In this document: positions 58,882-64,000 of the stretch, piece after piece
Numbering within the stretch: the first letter of the stretch is position 1
Layout: the number at the start of each line of letters is the position of its first letter
DNA from: Minisyncoccota bacterium
GTDB lineage: Bacteria; Patescibacteriota; Minisyncoccia; Phycocordibacterales; UBA2100
Reading direction: 5' to 3'
DNA: 64,000 nucleotides
NCBI GenBank assembly: GCA_031291875.1
Contig: JARLIE010000218.1
Span: 4,979 to 68,978 of the forward strand
Translations under genes and position numbers: made by a program
The notes under the pieces: model-generated
What the model saw: the letters and a program-made list of their open reading frames with translations, nothing else
What the model was told of the DNA's origin: nothing
The model's database searches: none

Positions 58882-59376
58882 CTATACCAAGTCTTTCAGC
58901 TTCTTTATAGCCTCAAGATAATCCGGTTTCATCACGAATAGTTTCTTTATTTCCCCGGCAAGAGTCTCTCCCAAGTGCTCCTCATGGGATCGCAAAATCT
59001 CGTGCAATTCGTCGACGCTCGCATACCTTGCCCCCGACCAATGTCGCAGATCAAAATTGTGGTGCTCGACCTCGCAATCGATTGAACCGTTTGCGTAGAA
59101 TCGAATATGGAATTGATCGGTGCCGTCGGAGCGCTTGGAAACGCGCTTAATGAGCCCGGCTGTTTGCCCTGGCAAGACGAGCTGCCAGCGAGTGCGACGA
59201 AAACCGTCCTTGAGCAGGAGCTTGAAGAAAATCTTCTGGTAGCGGCCCGACTTCTTGTTCGGGAAATACCCGTGGACCACGTGCGGACGCCAAAGCGCCC
59301 ACGGAAACGTCCGAATATTGTGCCGTACGTCGTGTAAATAGGAGTACACGAGCGATTTCGCCTCCTTTTGAGTCAT
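58882..59376 (-). CDS. Hypothetical basic protein
   Basis: 164-aa ORF, TAAAAT 8 nt before ATG; no family recognised. Confidence 0.65.
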   Translation of the reverse strand: MTQKEAKSLVYSYLHDVRHNIRTFPWALWRPHVVHGYFPNKKSGRYQKIFFKLLLKDGFRRTRWQLVLPGQTAGLIKRVSKRSDGTDQFHIRFYANGSIDCEVEHHNFDLRHWSGARYASVDELHEILRSHEEHLGETLAGEIKKLFVMKPDYLEAIKKLKDLV

Positions 59377-59387
59377 GCGGGATTATT

Positions 59388-59759
59388 TTACCACCAAGAG
59401 AAAGCCTTTTTAAGCTTATCCAGGAAGGTCGGTGGAGGGGGCGGCGGCGTCGAACTGGCATTGACAATAACGATCATTTGTTCTCCTTTCTCACCTACCG
59501 AGTACTCTTCTCGAAGCTCTGCCTCCTTTCCCCGATCGGTTTGGAGCTCGCTGATATTCTCTTGCAGCGTAGCTTGCTGCGCCGTAAGGTCGGCCAAGGC
59601 AGCTTCGGACTGTCGGTTGAGCGCGGCGGAGGCAAGATCTTTTTGCCAGGCTCCCCAGACACTCCAGGAAGCGAAACAAAGGAGTACAAACAGCCCAAAC
59701 AAGGCAAAACGGCGCCACAACAGCCGCGCTGGGTCGTTTCGTTGCCTCACCGGTGCCAT
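59388..59759 (-). CDS. Septum formation initiator (DivIC/FtsB-like)
   Basis: TM, coiled coil, E..LRE.Y....KGE..IVIV. Confidence 0.8.
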   Translation of the reverse strand: MAPVRQRNDPARLLWRRFALFGLFVLLCFASWSVWGAWQKDLASAALNRQSEAALADLTAQQATLQENISELQTDRGKEAELREEYSVGEKGEQMIVIVNASSTPPPPPPTFLDKLKKAFSWW

Positions 59760-59783
59760 ATGGGTATAATACCTTACCTAGCT

Positions 59784-59912
59784 ATGAGTTTCCTTTTTCA
59801 CAAACGCACGAAAAAAGTCGTCAACATCGTTTGGGGCTTTATCGCGGTCCTCGTGACCCTCGGCATGATTATCTTCTTTGCCCCGGGTATTACGAACCTG
59901 CTGCTTCGATAA
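59784..59912 (+). CDS. 42-aa membrane peptide
   Basis: MSFLFHKRTKKVVNIVWGFIAVLVTLGMIIFFAPG; TATAAT upstream; hairpin CAGGCTACC/GGTAGCCTG downstream. Confidence 0.65.
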   Translation: MSFLFHKRTKKVVNIVWGFIAVLVTLGMIIFFAPGITNLLLR

Positions 59913-59947
59913 CAAAGCAGGCTACCTTGCGGTAGCCTGTCGCGGTG

Positions 59948-60307
59948 CTATTTTCGAGTCGGCTTAGCCGAAGTTTTTTCTTGTAGTACATACCCCTGCT
60001 TGAAGAGCGTCTCGATACTGACTGTTCCGCCGGAAGCGGTGCCGATCTTCTTTCGCAGCCTGGAAAGGAACACATCGATGATCGAATCCTTCGCCTCGGG
60101 CTCTTCGTAGAGATGATTCATGAGCATCTCCCGAGTCACGATTTGGCCCTTTCGCAGGAGTAAAAGTTCCAGGACCAGATACTCTTTATCGGTAAGTTGC
60201 AAAGCTTTTCCGGCGAACTCCGCCCGCTTGGTCTGCAGATCAGCGACAAGTGCTCCGATGTGCAAAATACGCTGACTCGCGTACTCAGGGGAGACGATGT
60301 CGTGCAT
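59948..60307 (-). CDS. Receiver-less OmpR-type winged-helix protein, CtrA-like
   Basis: LTDKEY..LELL.LRKG...TREM..NHLY, IIDVF..RLRKK, IET....GYVL; AAGGAG SD. Confidence 0.85.
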   Translation of the reverse strand: MHDIVSPEYASQRILHIGALVADLQTKRAEFAGKALQLTDKEYLVLELLLLRKGQIVTREMLMNHLYEEPEAKDSIIDVFLSRLRKKIGTASGGTVSIETLFKQGYVLQEKTSAKPTRK

Positions 60308-60361
60308 GAAGTGCTCCTTTGTTCAGTGCCGCGAAAACTATAGGCACAGAAGGGCATTTGG

Positions 60362-62137
60362 TCAACTTTCTCGAACGACTTTGAGAAATACGTCGTGCGG
60401 AATATCCACCTTGCCGCGTGCGAGCATGCGCTTTTTACCGCGCTTTTGCTTATCCAACAGTTTCATTTTGCGCGTGATGTCGCCGCCGTAGAGGTACCCT
60501 GTAACGTCTTTGCGCATCGCCGATTTGCGGCGCGAGGCGATAATGCGGCCGTTTACTTTGGCCTGGATTTTGAGTTCAAAAAGTTGCTTCGGGAGGAGTT
60601 CTTCCAGCTTCTCCACCATCTGATCGGCTTCGAAATTAACGCGGCGCGCCGAAACGATGCGTGCAAACGCCGGCACCGGCTCGTCTGCAACGAGAATATC
60701 GAGTCTGGTTACATCAGCATCGCGCATGCCCGTGAGCTTGTACCCGAGCGAGGCAAAGCCCGAAGAAACGCTCTTGAGGCGGTCGAAAAATCCGCGCATG
60801 AGTTCGCGCAGCGGAATCTCGGCTCGCAGCTCGATTTTGCCGTCCGGGAGCGTCTGTGTGTCCCCGACTTTTGCTTCATGATCGTAGAGCAACTGGGAAA
60901 TGCCGCCGATGTAATCAGTCGGCGTAATGACAGTGATATCGGCCCACATTTCACGGATCTGCTTGGCGGTGCCGTCATCAGGAAATTTTGCGGGCGAATA
61001 AATTTCTTCGACAGTTCCATTCATATAGGTGATCTCGTAGACCGTCGTCGGCTGCGTGACGACGAGCTCGAGATTAAACTCGCGGCGCAAACGCTCGATA
61101 ATAATCTCGAGGTGAAGCATGCCCAAGAAGCCGCAGCGAAAACCGCGGCCCATGATGCCGGAAGATTCTTCTTCATAAGAAAGCGAGGAATCGGAAAGTC
61201 GCAATTTCTCCAGCGACTGACGCAAAATCGGCAAATCGTCCTGGCTCTCGGGGTACACACTGGCCCAAATAACTGGGGTCGGCGCCATATAACCCGCGAG
61301 CGCTGGCGCCGGGCGTTTTGCGCTCGTTACTGTATCGCCAACGGACGCGATACCGGGTTTCTTGATACCGGTCACAATGTAGCCGATTTCACCCTCGACG
61401 AGCTCGGGACTTGGCCTTTCGTCCGGACTCAGTGTACCGACCTCTAGCGCGATAAAGTCCGCATTGGCGGCGACAAAGCGTAGCGTGTCGCCCTTCGCGA
61501 TACTTCCGCCGAAGACGCGCAGGTAGACGATAATGCCGCGGTGATCAGAGTATCCGAAATCGAAAATCAGCCCTTGGGTTTGCGTCGTGTGCTGCGGCGG
61601 CGGTACGAGCTCGACGATCGTATCGAGAAGCGCCTCGACGCCCTCGCCCGTTTTGCCGGAAACGCCGAGCACGGTCGATTCGTCGACGCCCAATAAGAGC
61701 GCGACTTCGCTTTTGATATCGGCTAAGCGCGCGGTCGGTGCATCGATTTTGGAAACAACCGGAATGATCACACGACCGAGCTCCTTGGCAACGCCGAGCA
61801 CTGAGAGCGTCTGTGCCTCGACCCCCTGCGTCGCATCGACAAGTAAGATGACGCCTTCGACGGCCGTGAGCGCGCGGGAAACTTCGTAGGAGAAGTCCAC
61901 GTGGCCCGGCGTATCGATGAGGTTGAGGATGTACTCCTGCCCTTTCGATTTCCAGTGCATGCGCACCGGTGCCATTTTGATGGTGATGCCGCGCTCACGC
62001 TCGAGATCCATTTTGTCGAGGACCTGATCTTGCATACGGCGCTTCTCGATCGTGCCGGTTAATTCCAGCATGCGATCGGCCAGCGTCGATTTGCCGTGGT
62101 CGATGTGCGCGATAATGGAGAAATTACGTATATTCAC
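60362..62137 (-). CDS. lepA: Elongation factor 4
   Basis: IRNFSIIAHIDHGKSTLADR, DTPGHVDF, GFRCGFLG.LH, RKDV...LYGGD.TRK.KLL. Confidence 0.98.
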   Translation of the reverse strand: MNIRNFSIIAHIDHGKSTLADRMLELTGTIEKRRMQDQVLDKMDLERERGITIKMAPVRMHWKSKGQEYILNLIDTPGHVDFSYEVSRALTAVEGVILLVDATQGVEAQTLSVLGVAKELGRVIIPVVSKIDAPTARLADIKSEVALLLGVDESTVLGVSGKTGEGVEALLDTIVELVPPPQHTTQTQGLIFDFGYSDHRGIIVYLRVFGGSIAKGDTLRFVAANADFIALEVGTLSPDERPSPELVEGEIGYIVTGIKKPGIASVGDTVTSAKRPAPALAGYMAPTPVIWASVYPESQDDLPILRQSLEKLRLSDSSLSYEEESSGIMGRGFRCGFLGMLHLEIIIERLRREFNLELVVTQPTTVYEITYMNGTVEEIYSPAKFPDDGTAKQIREMWADITVITPTDYIGGISQLLYDHEAKVGDTQTLPDGKIELRAEIPLRELMRGFFDRLKSVSSGFASLGYKLTGMRDADVTRLDILVADEPVPAFARIVSARRVNFEADQMVEKLEELLPKQLFELKIQAKVNGRIIASRRKSAMRKDVTGYLYGGDITRKMKLLDKQKRGKKRMLARGKVDIPHDVFLKVVRES

Positions 62138-62179
62138 CTTGAAAATCTAGCATTTTCGGGGCGTAAATACTACCTCAGA

Positions 62180-62304
62180 GGGAACCCCCGAAGCCTTGCT
62201 GTTTTTGCGGCTGCGGGGCGAGTGTGACGTTTTGTGGTTTTAAGTTGGAGTCCGAGAAGTCGCTAGTCCTCGCTCGCAAAAACGGCAAGGCTTCGGGGGT
62301 TCCC
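62180..62304. repeat. 125-bp element with 30-bp terminal inverted repeats (MITE-like)
   Basis: GGGAACCCCCGAAGCCTTGCTGTTTTTGCG (62180-62209) versus the reverse complement of 62275-62304: 29/30 match. Confidence 0.8.
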
Positions 62305-62309
62305 GTAAA

Positions 62310-64000
62310 CTACGCAACGTCCGAAGGTTCGACCGCGACGATCTGCGGTGCGTCCGCAAATTTACGCTTGAACGCGCCAAAAACCTCTTTCAATTCTTTG
62401 TTCTTCAAAATCAACAAAATCACGATCGATATACCAATGCCGACAAGTCCCGCGACCAATCCCTGCACGAAGATGCCGACGGTCGTATTGATCGTGCCTG
62501 TCTGGCCCGTCGCGTTGAGAACGCCATACGAAGCGGCACCACCGATGAGTGATGCGGCGAAGCTCTCAAAGAAAAGTCGATTGAAGTTCTCATGCGAGAC
62601 TTTGAAATCGCGTACGAAATAGAAATAGCCTATGCAAAACTCAGCGATAGAGCCAAACGCATACCCCAAGGAGAGCATCAGCACGCTCGTGCCCGCGATG
62701 TCATCCACGCGCAGGAGCGCTTCGATGAAATCCCTAAAGAACGGGTACTCATTGAAAAAACTCAGGAACGCCAACGATGAAACAATCGAAATAGCGATAT
62801 CGGCTATGCCGATATAGAACGGTTTTTTTGTATTGCCGATTGCGTAGTACGCCCTCGAAATAAGGAAGGTGCCGGATTGCGCGAGGAGCGAGAGAATGAA
62901 AAGCGCGAGCGCGGCAGCGGTGAGGCGCGTCGCGTCCCAGTTGAACTCGCCCGCCCCGAGCACGGTGCGCACGAGCTGCGCGCGAAGCACAATGATGAAG
63001 ACGGTGCACGGCACGGACCAAAAAATAATGTGGCGCAGTGCCGCTTCGGCGTAACGGGAAAATTCATCCTTCGCCCCTTGCGCATAGAGACGCACGAAAG
63101 TCGGGAATGCCGCGACCGAGTACGAAATCCCGATAATAGTGAGTGGTACCGACTGCAGATTGTACGCGAAGTTGAACACCGCGATTGAACCGGGCACCAA
63201 GAGCGATGCAATCGCGGTAATGACGAGCAGCGAGATTTGATTGGAAGCAAGCGCAAGCGTGCGCGGAATCGAGAGTGCGAGGATTTCTTTGGTGAGCTTC
63301 GAGAGACGAGAGAGTTCGACCTTCCCTTCGGCACGCTCCACGAGGAAAAACGGCACCTGGACAGCGACGTGTAGCAAGGCGCCCAATACCACACCCATGC
63401 CCAGTCCCGCTATCCCAAAACGCGGATATAGCACGAGCGCACCGAAGATGATGCCGAGATTGTAGAGAAGTGGTGAGATCGAATAAAGGACGAATCGGTG
63501 ACGCAGCTGCGTAAGCGAAGAAATCGTATTGGAAATACCGAGCAAAATGGGCTGCAGAAGCAGGATACGCATGAGCAAGATGAGCTGCCCGCGCATTGCG
63601 GGATCCGCGGCGAGCCCGGGACTCACGAGCTTGGCGAGAAACGGCGCGAGCGCGTAGGCAATCAGCGAAACAAACGTCATGCCGAGGATAAATACCAGTG
63701 CAAGATCCCGCAGGAATGAAATCATCAGACCCTTGCGCTCTTCTTCGAGGCGCGAGAGAACGGGCATGAGCGCGTAGAGCGAGAGGAGTGAAGCAACCGT
63801 ACTGAAAATAAAATTCGGAACAAGAAACGCCGCGTAATAAAGGTCGAGCGTGTGGTTTGCGCCGAAGGACGCAGCGAGCGTCCTGTCTCGCACCAAACCT
63901 AAGAATTGAGATGCGAACGCGAACGCGGCTAGTAAATATGCCGCTTCGTGCATGCCTCGAGTTTCTGAAGCGAAGAACTTTCGAGCCCGCGTGGTGATAT
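62310..64000 (-). CDS. murJ: Lipid II flippase MurJ/MviN (start probably beyond window)
   Basis: GLVRDR.LA..FG, YYAAF.VPN, YNLGII, QSVP..IIG.S.SVAAFP, RAYYA. Confidence 0.92.
   Translation of the reverse strand, partial: ITTRARKFFASETRGMHEAAYLLAAFAFASQFLGLVRDRTLAASFGANHTLDLYYAAFLVPNFIFSTVASLLSLYALMPVLSRLEEERKGLMISFLRDLALVFILGMTFVSLIAYALAPFLAKLVSPGLAADPAMRGQLILLMRILLLQPILLGISNTISSLTQLRHRFVLYSISPLLYNLGIIFGALVLYPRFGIAGLGMGVVLGALLHVAVQVPFFLVERAEGKVELSRLSKLTKEILALSIPRTLALASNQISLLVITAIASLLVPGSIAVFNFAYNLQSVPLTIIGISYSVAAFPTFVRLYAQGAKDEFSRYAEAALRHIIFWSVPCTVFIIVLRAQLVRTVLGAGEFNWDATRLTAAALALFILSLLAQSGTFLISRAYYAIGNTKKPFYIGIADIAISIVSSLAFLSFFNEYPFFRDFIEALLRVDDIAGTSVLMLSLGYAFGSIAEFCIGYFYFVRDFKVSHENFNRLFFESFAASLIGGAASYGVLNATGQTGTINTTVGIFVQGLVAGLVGIGISIVILLILKNKELKEVFGAFKRKFADAPQIVAVEPSDVA

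Overview
A 64-kb bacterial chromosomal segment using standard code 11 (TGA is used as a stop). Gene content and style suggest a Patescibacteria/CPR (Parcubacteria-like) genome; this is inference. It holds most of an F1Fo ATP synthase operon with an orphan gene wedged between atpA and atpG, ahcY, radC, five tRNAs and several two-component genes. It also carries a thymidylate/folate cluster (folA, dcd, thyA, glyA plus a CYTH protein and an AAA_28 P-loop protein), an alpha-glucan/glucose cluster (GT4, GH57, GH15, cupin PGI, ROK kinase), dipZ, SET- and SWIB-domain proteins, hisS, lepA and murJ. No CRISPR array, transposase, integrase or prophage was seen. Best leads: (1) a coupled pair of a 1778-aa dockerin-tipped surface protein and a membrane-anchored cohesin; (2) a CYTH enzyme sitting at the missing dUTP-to-dUMP step; (3) a pho-box-like TTCAT-N6-TTCAT promoter motif; (4) widespread apparently leaderless genes; (5) a D-armless tRNA-like element with a partly complementary small RNA; (6) a J-domain/S41 peptidase chimera; (7) a receiver-less CtrA-like DNA-binding protein; (8) an apparently catalytically dead nucleotide-sugar dehydrogenase. 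All family calls come from motif recognition by eye, not database searches.
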